IMG/VR virus record: IMGVR_UViG_3300030060_001926 | Location: 1-64,000 of that record | Direction: 5' to 3' (one strand) | From: an uncultured virus (IMG/VR IMGVR_UViG_3300030060_001926) | Taxonomy: Duplodnaviria > Heunggongvirae > Uroviricota > Caudoviricetes | DNA length: 64,000 bases | Shown here: positions 1-10,579 of the stretch, piece after piece | Position numbering within the stretch: the stretch's first letter is position 1 | Layout of the letters: the number at the start of each line of letters is the position of its first letter | The notes under the pieces: generated by a model | The model's database searches: none | What the model saw: only the letters and a program-made list of their open reading frames with translations | What the model was told of the DNA's origin: nothing | Translations under genes and position numbers: made by a program

Positions 1-3000
1 ATCAGTACCAAACCAAGCCTGTCTTACTTCCGGCATACCGTCTAACATTCTTCCCATTCTATCTATTGCTCTAGCCTGATGGTTTTGAACATTTTGTGTT
101 GCTCTGGGAGAAGCAAGAGTTAGGGCTTGAAGGGTCGCTAAATTATATTCAATTTTTTGCTCTACAGTTAAATCACTATAAAGCTTATCTTCTCCACCAT
201 ATGAAACAATAAAATCATGTTCTTCACCTTTGTTATGGTTAACAATACTATCGACATTTTCTGTGCTCATGCCAACTGCTAAAAGTTTTGGTCGTAAAGA
301 TTGAACTTCTAGTTCTTCTAATAATGCTTCAGCGGTTATTCCTACACCAGTAAAGCTTACAAGATCAGACAAAATAAGGTTTACTCTTTTTTTTGCAGTA
401 TCGTATGGTCTAGCAGTTCCTGTAGAAGGTTGAGTAAATTTTGGAAGATATACAATTCGTTCTCCTAATGTGTTTCCTTTGCTTTCAGTAGGAAGAGATG
501 CAACTCCCGATTGGTCAAACATTGAGTAAGACAAGAGATGAAATTGTTCTGTGTTGGTTAAAGAGTTTGCATTGTGTATTACAGTATCAGCAAACAAAAT
601 AGATCTTAGCCCTTTGTTTTTTGCACCAAAGATTACTGCCTCCGCAACACCGCTTGCTCCTCTTCCAAAATCAAAATCTGATAATCCTGTAGGACTAAAC
701 ATGCCGCCATATGGGCTAGAGGTGTCTCTTACCATTGTTTCTAGCCACGAAGAATAAAAAGCAAAACGAATAGATGCTTCTGTAATTTCTGGTGTTATTT
801 CATTACTACCAGATTTAGCATAATTAGACAACACTTCGGCATCTCTTGCTAACTGTTGACCAGTAGATTGAACAAAAGTTTTCCAGTCTTGTCCTTGTTC
901 TGTTGCAAGGAATCCACTTCGATTAGCATTGTATGCCGCACGCCCTCTCATAAAGTATCCGGCTCTACTCCAAAGTCTATTAGCATCAACAGGATTCAAA
1001 GCATTTCCGTTTGCATCCATAAGAATATTACCTTCGCTATCTCTTTGCATAGCAAACTCAAGGTTTTGATAATCTTCCATACCCCTGTATTCTCCATTAA
1101 TTTCTAGGGGTCCAGATAGGTTTACTGGTGTTGCGTTGTCCCAAGGAATTTGTTGCTCAAGAGTTGTGATGCCTGTGTCTCCCTGCTTAAGATCTGATTG
1201 TGCTTGTCTAATTGTTCTTCCAAATTTAGAATCTGCAAACTCACTTAAGGCTGTTCGCATCCCGTTTTGTTCTCTATAATATGTTTTAAGGTTTTCTACC
1301 ATTTGAGGAGTAACTATAGTTTCTCCTGCATCATTGTTTGTTTTTGCAGCCCAAATGTCAATATCTGATTGAATGGCTGGCTTTGTTACATAAGGCATAC
1401 TGCCCCTTCTAGCGGGCAGTGTTCCTATTTCTTCTGGAACAAAATCAGGCACAACAGGAATAAAAGACATCTCTCTTTTCTTTGCTTTTCTTTCTTCTTT
1501 GGTTGCGGCCTTACCTTCATCAGACTCTAGCCACTCATTATACTTTCTATTATTAATTTGGTTTGTTACAAACTGAGCGGTTCTTACAACATCTGGATCA
1601 TCAAAATTAAAATCTTCTGGATCACTGTTAGCAAGTGCATTGTGTCCGTTTACAACATTGGTTGTTGGGTTAGCTAATCCAGTTATGAATCCTGCCTTAT
1701 CAGAATTTGAAGATAGTTCTCCTCTTCCTCGTCCCGCTGTCTGTGCAGAAGTAGGCGCACCTGTAGCAAACATTTGTAGCTGTTGTAAAACAAAAGCTTC
1801 TTTGCTTCCAAGTTTTTGCAAAGCTTCTTTATCTAAGGTTGTAAAATCAATGCTTGTATCAAAGTATTTATTAGCCTCAGCAGCAAAAATACCGGGATCT
1901 AAAACAGCTAAACCATATAAATTTCTGTCCTGTTCTGTTGCATTCTCTTTAATGATGTTGCCTTGGTTATCAATTAAATTGCCATCTTTATCAACAACAC
2001 TAAGAGAAGAGACAGCTTTATTTAATTCCTCTTCATTCATTCCAAACTCAGAAGCAATTTGCTCAATCATATATTGTGTCATAACTAATGGGACTTCTGC
2101 TCCATTAGCTGAAAGCCTTTCGCCACCAAGTTCTCCGCTATTTAAAGCGTTTTGTGCAGACTCTCTAGTGTTTCGTACAAACTGTCCAATTCGTTGTTGG
2201 GCTTTTTGTCCTTGGAATGCAACCCTAAACATTACATCATCAAACTCTTCTGGGTTTGAAATTTTAAACTTAGGTCCATCTTTAGGAAACTCCCAACCAC
2301 CTTCTCCATTATTTAAACTTTGATTCCATTGACCAGTAGGTAGAATAACACCCGAAAAAGCAGGATGTTCTGCAAGTTGTGCGAGGAAAATATTTTTAGC
2401 ATTTTCATCAGACATGGTAGTAATGGTTTTAGCCGACAGGGTGGGCAAGTAATCTATTAGTCCATCTACACCTTGATCCATTGCGGCATTGAACTCCCCT
2501 CTTAAAATAGTCTCAATGCCATCTCTGTTAGACTTGTCATTAATAATCCCATATACAATACCACCTACGTTGTCGTTTCTTTGTCTAGCAGTAACAGCCC
2601 TAGCTTTTCTAGCGTCGTTATTTCCCTTAGTAAGTCGTTCGGTATAACCCCTAACAATAAAAAGAGCATCTTGTGAACCTTTTAGTTTTTGTACTGTTCT
2701 GCTAATAAGTCTTTTTTGTTCTGAACTTAATGGTATTTTATCACCATTAGCATCAACCATAGCCCCTTCTGTATATTGTGCTTTTAAGAACACACCTAAA
2801 GTAGTGACATTTGGTTTAGCTGTAAAATCAGACCAAGCTTTTTTTACCTCAGGACTTAAACTTTCTTCCCACTCATCTTCCATTGCATCATCACCAGCAT
2901 TATTTGCTGCCCATGCATTTAGTTGAGTAAGTGAGTTATTACCTAATGCTAACATACCGCTTTCAATTTCTGTAGAAGATTGTTGATTAGCACCTTGTCT

Positions 3001-3846
3001 TAGTTCTTGAAATTTTAAAAGAAGTGCTTGATCTTGGGGTGACATGTCATTAAACTCTAAGCTACCGTTTGCAATTTCTGCCATAATCTCGGTTGCTTTG
3101 GTTTCATTAGTTACGCCGGAAGAATATTCTTCTTTTCCAAACTCTTCTAATAGTTCTACTTTATCTGCTGTATTATAACCAGAAATTGTAGCATCATATT
3201 TTGCTGCAAAATCTTGCAGGCTTTCTCGTTCTTCTCTGTCTTCTGTTGTCCTAGCCTCATTTGTGGCTGTTCTAAGAGAATCTTCTCGTAGTCTAATAGA
3301 CTTCAATCTTTGATTTTCTAACCAACCCTCAGAGTCATATACATCATCATCAAACTCTTGGCCTCTAAGATAATTAATTGCCGCCTGTCTTCTTTCTACA
3401 AGGCTGCTTCCAACAATGACAGGACCATTACCCAAATTATATTCTGTAATTTCTCCTGTTGCTAGACCCTCGGCAATGTTTTCAACACCCCTCCACATTT
3501 TTTCATTCTGCTCGTAATTTTCTCTTTTCTTGTCTCTTGCTTCTTTTTCTTCTTGTGATTCTACTTTTTCTCTATAGTTTACACCCTCAACAAAATCATT
3601 AGCAATTCCTTGCAACGCATCTGTAAGAGCTTCTGTTCCACTTTTAGCGGGTTGTCTAGCAAACTCCCCCATCTCGAAACGTCCTCCAACAAATTGATCA
3701 GCAGGCAAAGCAGTATCTGGCACAACCTGTTGTTGTGTTGGTGCTACCTGTCCCGCTTGAATAATCTGAACTGGTTTACCCTGTCTACGAGAGTCTTGAA
3801 ATTCAGTCATCATTTGTTTCATTTGTTGATCAGATCGTTTAGCCAT
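1..3846 (-). CDS. Large internal virion (ejection) protein, T7 gp15-position; truncated at window edge (>1,280 aa)
   Basis: Not in the ORF track because it runs off the edge. ATG at 3846 with AAGGAGG RBS; reads MAKRSDQQMKQMTEFQDSRRQGKPVQIIQ...; follows the gp14-like gene. Only part of the frame was translated by hand. Confidence 0.7.
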   Translation of the reverse strand, partial: MAKRSDQQMKQMMTEFQDSRRQGKPVQIIQAGQVAPTQQQVVPDTALPADQFVGGRFEMGEFARQPAKSGTEALTDALQGIANDFVEGVNYREKVESQEEKEARDKKRENYEQNEKMWRGVENIAEGLATGEITEYNLGNGPVIVGSSLVERRQAAINYLRGQEFDDDVYDSEGWLENQRLKSIRLREDSLRTATNEARTTEDREERESLQDFAAKYDATISGYNTADKVELLEEFGKEEYSSGVTNETKATEIMAEIANGSLEFNDMSPQDQALLLKFQELRQGANQQSSTEIESGMLALGNNSLTQLNAWAANNAGDDAMEDEWEESLSPEVKKAWSDFTAKPNVTTLGVFLKAQYTEGAMVDANGDKIPLSSEQKRLISRTVQKLKGSQDALFIVRGYTERLTKGNNDARKARAVTARQRNDNVGGIVYGIINDKSNRDGIETILRGEFNAAMDQGVDGLIDYLPTLSAKTITTMSDENAKNIFLAQLAEHPAFSGVILPTGQWNQSLNNGEGGWEFPKDGPKFKISNPEEFDDVMFRVAFQGQKAQQRIGQFVRNTRESAQNALNSGELGGERLSANGAEVPLVMTQYMIEQIASEFGMNEEELNKAVSSLSVVDKDGNLIDNQGNIIKENATEQDRNLYGLAVLDPGIFAAEANKYFDTSIDFTTLDKEALQKLGSKEAFVLQQLQMFATGAPTSAQTAGRGRGELSSNSDKAGFITGLANPTTNVVNGHNALANSDPEDFNFDDPDVVRTAQFVTNQINNRKYNEWLESDEGKAATKEERKAKKREMSFIPVVPDFVPEEIGTLPARRGSMPYVTKPAIQSDIDIWAAKTNNDAGETIVTPQMVENLKTYYREQNGMRTALSEFADSKFGRTIRQAQSDLKQGDTGITTLEQQIPWDNATPVNLSGPLEINGEYRGMEDYQNLEFAMQRDSEGNILMDANGNALNPVDANRLWSRAGYFMRGRAAYNANRSGFLATEQGQDWKTFVQSTGQQLARDAEVLSNYAKSGSNEITPEITEASIRFAFYSSWLETMVRDTSSPYGGMFSPTGLSDFDFGRGASGVAEAVIFGAKNKGLRSILFADTVIHNANSLTNTEQFHLLSYSMFDQSGVASLPTESKGNTLGERIVYLPKFTQPSTGTARPYDTAKKRVNLILSDLVSFTGVGITAEALLEELEVQSLRPKLLAVGMSTENVDSIVNHNKGEEHDFIVSYGGEDKLYSDLTVEQKIEYNLATLQALTLASPRATQNVQNHQARAIDRMGRMLDGMPEVRQAWFGTD

Positions 3847-3855
3847 AGTTCCTCC

Positions 3856-4467
3856 TTAACCAAACATGGCTAGGCCTTTAGCCACGCCACCTAATGCTCC
3901 ACCAACAGCTGCCATAGTGGGGTTTTCCATAATTGGTCTTGCTGATGGACCTTTTAAATTAGGCATAAATACGTTGCCTTGTATTTTAGCTTTCATATTG
4001 CTTGCTTGAGCTTGCATATTTTCTAAACTTCTTTGGGTGTTTTTTTCAATGCCTTTAACAGCATCAAACCCGTTAAGCATATTCTGAAGCTGTAATGCTC
4101 TTGATGTTCCTCCCTTAACTCCACGTTGAGCGAAAGAGGTTGAGGTGGCATCCATTGCCATTGCCATTGCTCTTGAGTTATTTGCTTGTTGGAAGATAGT
4201 ATCTTCATTAATTCTTTTAGTTTGATTGTATTCGTAAGCCATGGCCCCCATGTTAATTGATCGGTTTACTTTTGCCTGTTGGCCTTCTTGCCAAACAGCA
4301 TTGAAGATTTCTTTGCCGTTGTCTATTCCCTTTTGCATTTCTCCCTGCATCCAATTTTGCATTGCTTGTTTATTTCGTCTAGCTGCTGCTGCGCTCTCAC
4401 CAATACCCCCGGCGATTCCACCAAGAATAGATGTAACTCCAGCTGCTGCCATAAATGGAAAAGGCAT
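3856..4467 (-). CDS. Internal virion protein, T7 gp14-like
   Basis: 203 aa; Gly/Ala-rich hydrophobic ends, Gln/Ala-rich helical middle, 'FAQRGVKGGTS' resembles the gp14-family GV.G.S motif; AGGAG RBS. Confidence 0.65.
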   Translation of the reverse strand: MPFPFMAAAGVTSILGGIAGGIGESAAAARRNKQAMQNWMQGEMQKGIDNGKEIFNAVWQEGQQAKVNRSINMGAMAYEYNQTKRINEDTIFQQANNSRAMAMAMDATSTSFAQRGVKGGTSRALQLQNMLNGFDAVKGIEKNTQRSLENMQAQASNMKAKIQGNVFMPNLKGPSARPIMENPTMAAVGGALGGVAKGLAMFG

Positions 4468-4482
4468 AGTAATCTCCTTTCT

Positions 4483-6141
4483 TTACCAACCCCATTGTGA
4501 TTTACGGGGGGCTGTTTTCTTTTTATTAATTTCACGAATAGCACCACTATGTGGTATCCAGTCACCTGCTCTAAACTCAGATGCCCATGATTCGACAGTT
4601 TCTTCCCATCGTTTTTGTTTGTTTTCTTCTACAGTCTTATCTGTATTTAAAGCCATAAGTTCTTTATAGTAATCAACAGCACTAGCCAAAGCATCAACAC
4701 GGTCATCATGCCTAAGTGCTCCTCTTCTGTCTGTTAATCGAGTAATCTGCATTTGGTTTTTTTCATCCTTAGCAACTCTTCGGTCCCAACATAATCTATG
4801 AGAACTCATAACAGGTTCTAAAACATCTAGCATCCTAGCTTCTTTGCGTCCTGTAACTTTAAATTCTTCAATGCCTATTCTTCCACAGTTTTCTAAAAGA
4901 ACAGGGGTAATGACTTTAGAGAACAAACCATCACCAAAGTTGGATTCAATACGAACCAACCCTACATTATATTCCAAACACATTTTTGCAATTTTTTCTA
5001 AAACAGCATCATTGTATCCGCCATCCCAACCAGTAAGCTCATGAATATAAATCATTGCCCCAGCTGTAGATGCAACACATACAGCTGTCTCATCGGCTCC
5101 TCTACCAGATGGATCGATGACCATGTGGCGGTGTTGATAGGGAATATAGTCTTTAGCTAGATACATGGGATCCATAATAACATCACCACCCAAGCCCCAA
5201 CTAGGCATTTTTTTGTTGGCGTTTTGTCCCTGCCATACAACTTTTTCGGGGGCTTGGTTTAGATCTACATCAAATACAATAAGATCCTGCAACTTAAGAG
5301 GATACTTATCAATATCAGCTAACGTAGTATCTAGCATGTATTGAAGAGCAAAAGCCTTTGGTCCAATTTTAGCCTTACGCTCTAATAACATTTCTGTATC
5401 GAACCTCTCAGGCTGCGTAGACTCACCGGGATTTTTACCTGTGTCCCAGATCCACTGCGCCACATCCTCTGATTCGCCCGGAAGGCTTGCGTCAGGCATC
5501 ATAGCAGGATACTTGACCAGCGGATAGGCTTGCTTTAGAACGCCGTATATGGACTCTGAAGAGTGAGGAGTACCAAGGAATAAAACCCTAGACTCTTTAT
5601 TACGAACAGACTCAAGTTCAGTTAGCTTGTGTAGCAGTGCTTCTCTAGCTTCTGCTGTTTGAGTATTGGTAGATATTTCAATATCATCACAAACAATTAG
5701 ATCAGAGTGCAAGCCCGTAATCTGAGATGTTGCTCCTCTAGCTGTGCATGATAAATCCTGTGTAAAGGTTGTTCTTACATTATGATTGAATCCCAGTGCC
5801 GAGTCTTTTGTGTGCTCGTCAGGAATCATATGGTTACAATAAGGAACAACACTTAAGATTCTTCTTGTCTGGGAAATAAATTCAATTGCTTTTTGTTGAG
5901 TAGCCGAAAGAACCAAGACCGTTTTATCGTGGTTACATAGCATATACCACGAAGCAAACATGGCGGTGAGCGTGGACTTTCCTGTGCCACGCCCAGCCGC
6001 CAAGATGAAATCGTTTGGTCCCTCTTGAAGCTGTCTTGCGATATCGTATTGCATAGGAGTTGGCTCTCCAAGTCCTAAGTATTTCATGCAAAAAAACACA
6101 TGATTACGAAAATCGTTTAAGACATCTTCAGGTGGTTTCAT
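4483..6141 (-). CDS. terL: Terminase large subunit (T7 gp19-like)
   Basis: Walker A 'AGRGTGKS', 'QITG', Walker B 'LIVCDDIE', 'FLGTPH', nuclease 'IDPSGRGADET' and 'HDDRVDALA'. Confidence 0.97.
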   Translation of the reverse strand: MKPPEDVLNDFRNHVFFCMKYLGLGEPTPMQYDIARQLQEGPNDFILAAGRGTGKSTLTAMFASWYMLCNHDKTVLVLSATQQKAIEFISQTRRILSVVPYCNHMIPDEHTKDSALGFNHNVRTTFTQDLSCTARGATSQITGLHSDLIVCDDIEISTNTQTAEAREALLHKLTELESVRNKESRVLFLGTPHSSESIYGVLKQAYPLVKYPAMMPDASLPGESEDVAQWIWDTGKNPGESTQPERFDTEMLLERKAKIGPKAFALQYMLDTTLADIDKYPLKLQDLIVFDVDLNQAPEKVVWQGQNANKKMPSWGLGGDVIMDPMYLAKDYIPYQHRHMVIDPSGRGADETAVCVASTAGAMIYIHELTGWDGGYNDAVLEKIAKMCLEYNVGLVRIESNFGDGLFSKVITPVLLENCGRIGIEEFKVTGRKEARMLDVLEPVMSSHRLCWDRRVAKDEKNQMQITRLTDRRGALRHDDRVDALASAVDYYKELMALNTDKTVEENKQKRWEETVESWASEFRAGDWIPHSGAIREINKKKTAPRKSQWGW

Positions 6142-6359
6142 CAGTATGTTGCTTCCTTAATTTTAAAGGGGGCAGACTCAGCCATTGCTTCTTCTACTTT
6201 TTGAATAGCTTCAGAAGGAATGCTGTCGGCTGCTTCTCTGTTGTCATTGACAATGCCTCTAACAACAGTATATAGTCCGGGTGTACATTTATCAGGATCT
6301 CGAAGATCCCGAACGAGAGCATCCATTAGCATCTCGTTTAGTTGTTTTACTTTATTCAT
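6141..6359 (-). CDS. Terminase small subunit (T7 gp18-like)
   Basis: 72 aa directly upstream of and coupled to TerL; 'L..DL....TP....V.R..V.DN' pattern as in gp18. Confidence 0.7.
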   Translation of the reverse strand: MNKVKQLNEMLMDALVRDLRDPDKCTPGLYTVVRGIVNDNREAADSIPSEAIQKVEEAMAESAPFKIKEATY

Positions 6360-6472
6360 TTCTTAAATAGTCCAGTTAAATAGCTGATTGGAAAAATGTG
6401 ACCGGCAATATAACCAAGTACGGCAGTTAAGCCAGAAAACCAAATAGCTCCAACGAAAGATTCAAAGTTCAT
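6356..6472 (-). CDS. Small single-TM membrane protein (38 aa), possible lysis accessory
   Basis: Hand-translated MNFESFVGAIWFSGLTAVLGYIAGHIFPISYLTGLFKK; ATGA overlaps with both neighbours. Confidence 0.55.
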   Translation of the reverse strand: MNFESFVGAIWFSGLTAVLGYIAGHIFPISYLTGLFKK

Positions 6473-7011
6473 TTAGACTTCTCCTTTTTATAGGCTGCGT
6501 TAAAATCTGGGTCAGTTGCTCGCAGCACAGCAATCATTTCCCTTACTGTAGTTTTGGATTCAGAATCATTAGCTTTTACTAACAGCCTAGCAGCAGATTT
6601 TTTATTGCTAGGGATAAGGCTTGAGAAGTTTCTCATCAAAGCCTTAATAGGATATCCTAATCCAAGATACCACAGTAAAGCTAATACACCAAAGATAGCC
6701 GCAGCAACGAATCCGTATTGCATTAGCGTAGCCCACCAAGGCACAGAGTCTTCGATATTGGGGATTGTTTTAATAATATCGTTGACCGATTTAACAATAG
6801 TTGCTTGCTCTTTTGCACCTTGCGAAGCTTCGCTCACGATTAAACTATGATCAATAAGCTCGGTTTTAGAGGCCTCTTCTTCAATAGTTTCAAATCTTGT
6901 TTGAGAAGATCTAGCGGTTTCACCAATGTTGGTGGCTCTATTACTAATTTTTTGTACGCCTGAGCACCCGCTAACGAGACTCAATACGATCAAGGCGAGT
7001 CCGTAACGCAT
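6469..7011 (-). CDS. Lipoprotein with internal TM helix; candidate unimolecular spanin
   Basis: Likely start at 7011: MRYGLALIVLSLVSG-C lipobox, helical periplasmic part, TM 'YGFVAAAIFGVLALLWYLGLGY'. Confidence 0.55.
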   Translation of the reverse strand: MRYGLALIVLSLVSGCSGVQKISNRATNIGETARSSQTRFETIEEEASKTELIDHSLIVSEASQGAKEQATIVKSVNDIIKTIPNIEDSVPWWATLMQYGFVAAAIFGVLALLWYLGLGYPIKALMRNFSSLIPSNKKSAARLLVKANDSESKTTVREMIAVLRATDPDFNAAYKKEKSK

Positions 7012-7231
7012 CGATTCTCTCCGCATGGGCCGCATCAGTGGCAGCAAATTCTACTTGAGATTGTACTAGGCTTTGTACAATATCTTTAAGTTCTTCAAGT
7101 TGTCCAGTGTTTTGTCTTTGTACTGCTTGGCCTTCACCTAGTTTTACAAATACACCGGCTAGGCCTACAGCTAAAACAAACACCTGAAGTACCTGCATAA
7201 TTGACGCTAAATCAGCTTTTTTTTCAGACAT
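6971..7231 (-). CDS. Small membrane protein (1 TM + coiled coil), holin/spanin-like position
   Basis: 86 aa, TM 'VLQVFVLAVGLAGVFV', heptad-like C-terminus, next to the lipoprotein. Confidence 0.5.
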   Translation of the reverse strand: MSEKKADLASIMQVLQVFVLAVGLAGVFVKLGEGQAVQRQNTGQLEELKDIVQSLVQSQVEFAATDAAHAERIDALRTRLDRIESR

Positions 7232-7251
7232 ATCTTTATCCCCTTTATTAA

Positions 7252-7539
7252 TTATGGACTTTGAACACCGCCGCCGGTGTTATCGTTTGGTGGATTAATT
7301 GTTGCGTTGTTCCATGTTTCGAATCCTCCAGCATCAGGGCAAATAATATCTTGACATGGCGGTTCATCTTCTTCACACCAAGGAAATATTTGCATTGGAG
7401 ATCCGTTAGAAGTACGAATCCAAGCTTTATCAATTGAAATAGGACTGCCGTCGTTTCCTCTAATCCAAATAGAATCACATTTAGTAACAGCGTTTTCTGC
7501 TTCTCGAATCCAAAACTCATATGTACATACTTCAGCCAT
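7252..7539 (-). CDS. Hypothetical protein (tail-associated by position)
   Basis: 95 aa, coupled to the upstream gene; repeated W-I-R motif. Confidence 0.5.
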   Translation of the reverse strand: MAEVCTYEFWIREAENAVTKCDSIWIRGNDGSPISIDKAWIRTSNGSPMQIFPWCEEDEPPCQDIICPDAGGFETWNNATINPPNDNTGGGVQSP

Positions 7540-8654
7540 TATTGCGATCTCCTAAAAATAATCTGACCTTCTGGCCCAGAGGCAGCAGGAGATTGGTTGT
7601 GTGGGATTACAACAAAATAGTTAGCAGCATTAGCATAAGTATAATTGTTAGATGCTGCACTAGTTGTCATCTTTAATGGACCTTTAATAACAGCATTAGC
7701 TCTTTCTACCGCACCGAGTTCATAAGAATGGAGAGGGTCTTCTCCCGTGCCTATAGCAGGAGAGCTGGTTGTTCTTGATGATGATCTATGTCTTGCAGCA
7801 TGGTCTGGTAAATCTGCTTCTGTAGCAGCACTTACTGCTGTAATATAACCACCAGTTACTGTTAGTTTGGGTAGAATGTTTGTTAAAGAAACGCCAGTGC
7901 CGACATTAACATCGGTTCTTCTAACAGCATGTGTGTCTGCACTAGGAGCGTTAGTAACCCCAAGAGTAGCAATGGTGCTTGTAGTTGCATTTAGCGTAGT
8001 AAACGTACCAATGCCTGTTGTAGAAACATTATTATTATTAAAATTAACAGCACCTGCACTACTGGCTACACTAAATGGTGTATTAAACGTTGTGGTTGCA
8101 GTAACCCCTAGCGTATCACTAGAGGCATCACCAACTACAGTGTTACCTTGAACTGTTAGGTCACTAGACAGTGTTAAAGATGTAACAGAAAGTGTGCCGT
8201 CTAGGTCTACATTTTCTGCATAAACATTGTGCCATCTTACTGAAGTAGATCCTAAATCATTAGTATCGTTTGCATGAGGCATTAGGTTACCCGTAATGGT
8301 AGTAAGGCCTAAAGCACTTACAGGATTACCTGCAATATTTTCTACTGTAACTGTAGTGGGTGTAATAGATGTACTAGATCCATCATTGCTTTTGACATAT
8401 ACGATAGCATCTGCATCTGTAGAACCTTGAACCGTAAGCGTACCTACGTCTGTAGAAGATAGCGTGCCTAAAGTAAAGGTAGCTGTATCACCACTAACTG
8501 CCCACTTGGTTTTTTCGCTGCTTGTTGCATCAGCAATATATCCGCCAAAAATACCATTTGTTTTTGCTAAGAATGTATCACTACAATCTGAACAGGCAGA
8601 CACACCACCACTGGCAGAAGAAACAATTTGAATTAAGTCAACATTATTTGCCAT
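7539..8654 (-). CDS. Tail fibre-associated structural protein
   Basis: 371 aa, Thr/Ser/Gly beta-rich; 'NDLGSTSVRWHNVYA' and 'LTVQGNTVVGDASSDT' motifs recur in phage fibres. Confidence 0.65.
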   Translation of the reverse strand: MANNVDLIQIVSSASGGVSACSDCSDTFLAKTNGIFGGYIADATSSEKTKWAVSGDTATFTLGTLSSTDVGTLTVQGSTDADAIVYVKSNDGSSTSITPTTVTVENIAGNPVSALGLTTITGNLMPHANDTNDLGSTSVRWHNVYAENVDLDGTLSVTSLTLSSDLTVQGNTVVGDASSDTLGVTATTTFNTPFSVASSAGAVNFNNNNVSTTGIGTFTTLNATTSTIATLGVTNAPSADTHAVRRTDVNVGTGVSLTNILPKLTVTGGYITAVSAATEADLPDHAARHRSSSRTTSSPAIGTGEDPLHSYELGAVERANAVIKGPLKMTTSAASNNYTYANAANYFVVIPHNQSPAASGPEGQIIFRRSQ

Positions 8655-8665
8655 TTATTTTCTCC

Positions 8666-10567
8666 TTACGTTGGAAGCTGGTGTGGCCTAGCGGGCATAA
8701 CCATAATAGAAGTAGCGGTAATAGCAATACCGACTGGATCAATAATATCCCCTGAACCACTAGGGGCAGTTTGGGTAATACCTCCTGCTGTGTTTGATAG
8801 CCAGCACCAATCACCAACAGTAAGACTACTAAACCCATCAACAAGACCGCAGAATACAACAGTAAACGATTGGTTGCCGTCTGCTCCTGTCTTATCATCA
8901 ATTACACCTACGGCAAGTTTAGTTTGGTCAGTACGAACCGCCTTTGCCCAGACCCCGGTGTTGTCTAAATAAACTACATTAGTATTAACAAGTGTAGTGT
9001 TAGATCCAGTGACAGATAAACCAACCCTATTAGTTGCTGGAATAGATCCAGTTTCTTTTTGAATAACACCATTGGCATCAGCAGAAAGATATGTGGCATT
9101 TGCTAGAGTGGAATCTTTAAACTCTAAAGCTTCAACTTGTCCGTTTCCTGCATCTAAGGTAATCCTAGAAGTATATACACAAGGAGTTCCCGTAGCTGTG
9201 CCAACATCTACATCACGATACATTCGTATGTTTTGATCTAAGTATGTGCTTGCCTGTCCAGCTTGGTTTGGTATATCTAATTCACCAATTAAAAACCCGC
9301 TCCCTAAAGTTCCACCTTGAACTCCTGTATACGAACCCACACAACCTTTACTAGTGGCTCCAATTTCAATTCTTTTAGATGAAATTGTTGTTGCTGTATT
9401 TTCTACATCCTGTCCTTTTAATGCAGCAAAAGAATCATAAGCAGTCACACCATCATCATCAACATTTAAAAGAATATTGCTTCCTAAAACATCATCTGTC
9501 GCACCACTACGGATACACCTAAAAGCAGTGCCGCTAGGAGTAGTGCTTCTAACAGATAGCTTAGCTCCTGAAGCAGACAGGGTATCAACAGTATCATAAC
9601 CAATATATACTTTACCAATCTTACTGGCTAAGTTTGTTTCAGATTCTGTTACAAGATTAAACCTAGTTCCCATAGTAAATTCTAATATGTTGCTAGACTT
9701 TGATTTCACACCACCTACTAAAGTTCCAATGCTTGTGAAGTATTGAGTTAAGTCTCCTAAGAACCCTGCTTCAGGTTTAAAAATTAACCCCTTTGCGTCC
9801 GCAGTTTGTGGCGTAATAGTGTTCCAATCGCCGGGAGTGTTGTTTAATCCGGGTAGTTTTCTAATATAGTTAAGATTGTCAAGGGTAGTATCTGGTGCTA
9901 CGTTAGTCCAAAAGCTTGCACCAACACCAGTGGCAGAAGGAGCGTCAGCTGCTGTGCTTGTATGATCAATACCACAATACCAGATCAACAATGTTGAGGC
10001 TGCTGTGTTTGGATCGTCGTGTAATACAGTATCGCCAACAATATACGTTCTTCCTGCCGACCAGTTGGGCAACGTAAGCCCACCAAAGAAGCCATCAATC
10101 TGTTCTTTGGTATAGTATCCGCCTAGCTCTTGAGCAATATGAGTATAAATAGCTGTGTCTGCTACAGCCCTTTCGCTTTCCTCTTCCTCGACTAAATGGA
10201 TTGGTTGCAAGTTAACCGAATTAAGATCTTTGCTGCTAAGCTTGCTTCCTTCTTGGAAGGTAATGTAAAGAAGTTTACTGGTATCTCTAAGTATTCTAAC
10301 TTCATGCGTAGCTTTGCTTAGGTTAACAGGAACCTCAGCCCCATCAATTGTGGTCGTAGCGTTTGTAAGATCTACAGATTGATTGGTAGATTGATAAGTT
10401 CTTTCAAAAGAAGACTTAGTAATTTCAATCCAAGTAGTACTTAGAAGTGATCTGTAAAAGAAACGCAACTGTGAAATACCAAGTTCTGGGATAGTAGCAA
10501 TATGACCAGACCAGCTTACCGCAAAGACTTCATATGTATTTACAGTATAAGTTTTTTCAATAGACAT
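8666..10567 (-). CDS. Tail fibre protein with T7 gp17-type N-terminal adaptor and CBM5/12-like module
   Basis: 'ILRDT...ITFQEGSKLSSKDLNSVNLQPIHLVEE' matches the gp17 adaptor pattern; 'WSAGRTYIVGDTV...WYC...HTS...FW' is CBM-like. Confidence 0.8.
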   Translation of the reverse strand: MSIEKTYTVNTYEVFAVSWSGHIATIPELGISQLRFFYRSLLSTTWIEITKSSFERTYQSTNQSVDLTNATTTIDGAEVPVNLSKATHEVRILRDTSKLLYITFQEGSKLSSKDLNSVNLQPIHLVEEEESERAVADTAIYTHIAQELGGYYTKEQIDGFFGGLTLPNWSAGRTYIVGDTVLHDDPNTAASTLLIWYCGIDHTSTAADAPSATGVGASFWTNVAPDTTLDNLNYIRKLPGLNNTPGDWNTITPQTADAKGLIFKPEAGFLGDLTQYFTSIGTLVGGVKSKSSNILEFTMGTRFNLVTESETNLASKIGKVYIGYDTVDTLSASGAKLSVRSTTPSGTAFRCIRSGATDDVLGSNILLNVDDDGVTAYDSFAALKGQDVENTATTISSKRIEIGATSKGCVGSYTGVQGGTLGSGFLIGELDIPNQAGQASTYLDQNIRMYRDVDVGTATGTPCVYTSRITLDAGNGQVEALEFKDSTLANATYLSADANGVIQKETGSIPATNRVGLSVTGSNTTLVNTNVVYLDNTGVWAKAVRTDQTKLAVGVIDDKTGADGNQSFTVVFCGLVDGFSSLTVGDWCWLSNTAGGITQTAPSGSGDIIDPVGIAITATSIMVMPARPHQLPT

Positions 10568-10579
10568 TTATATTCCTCC

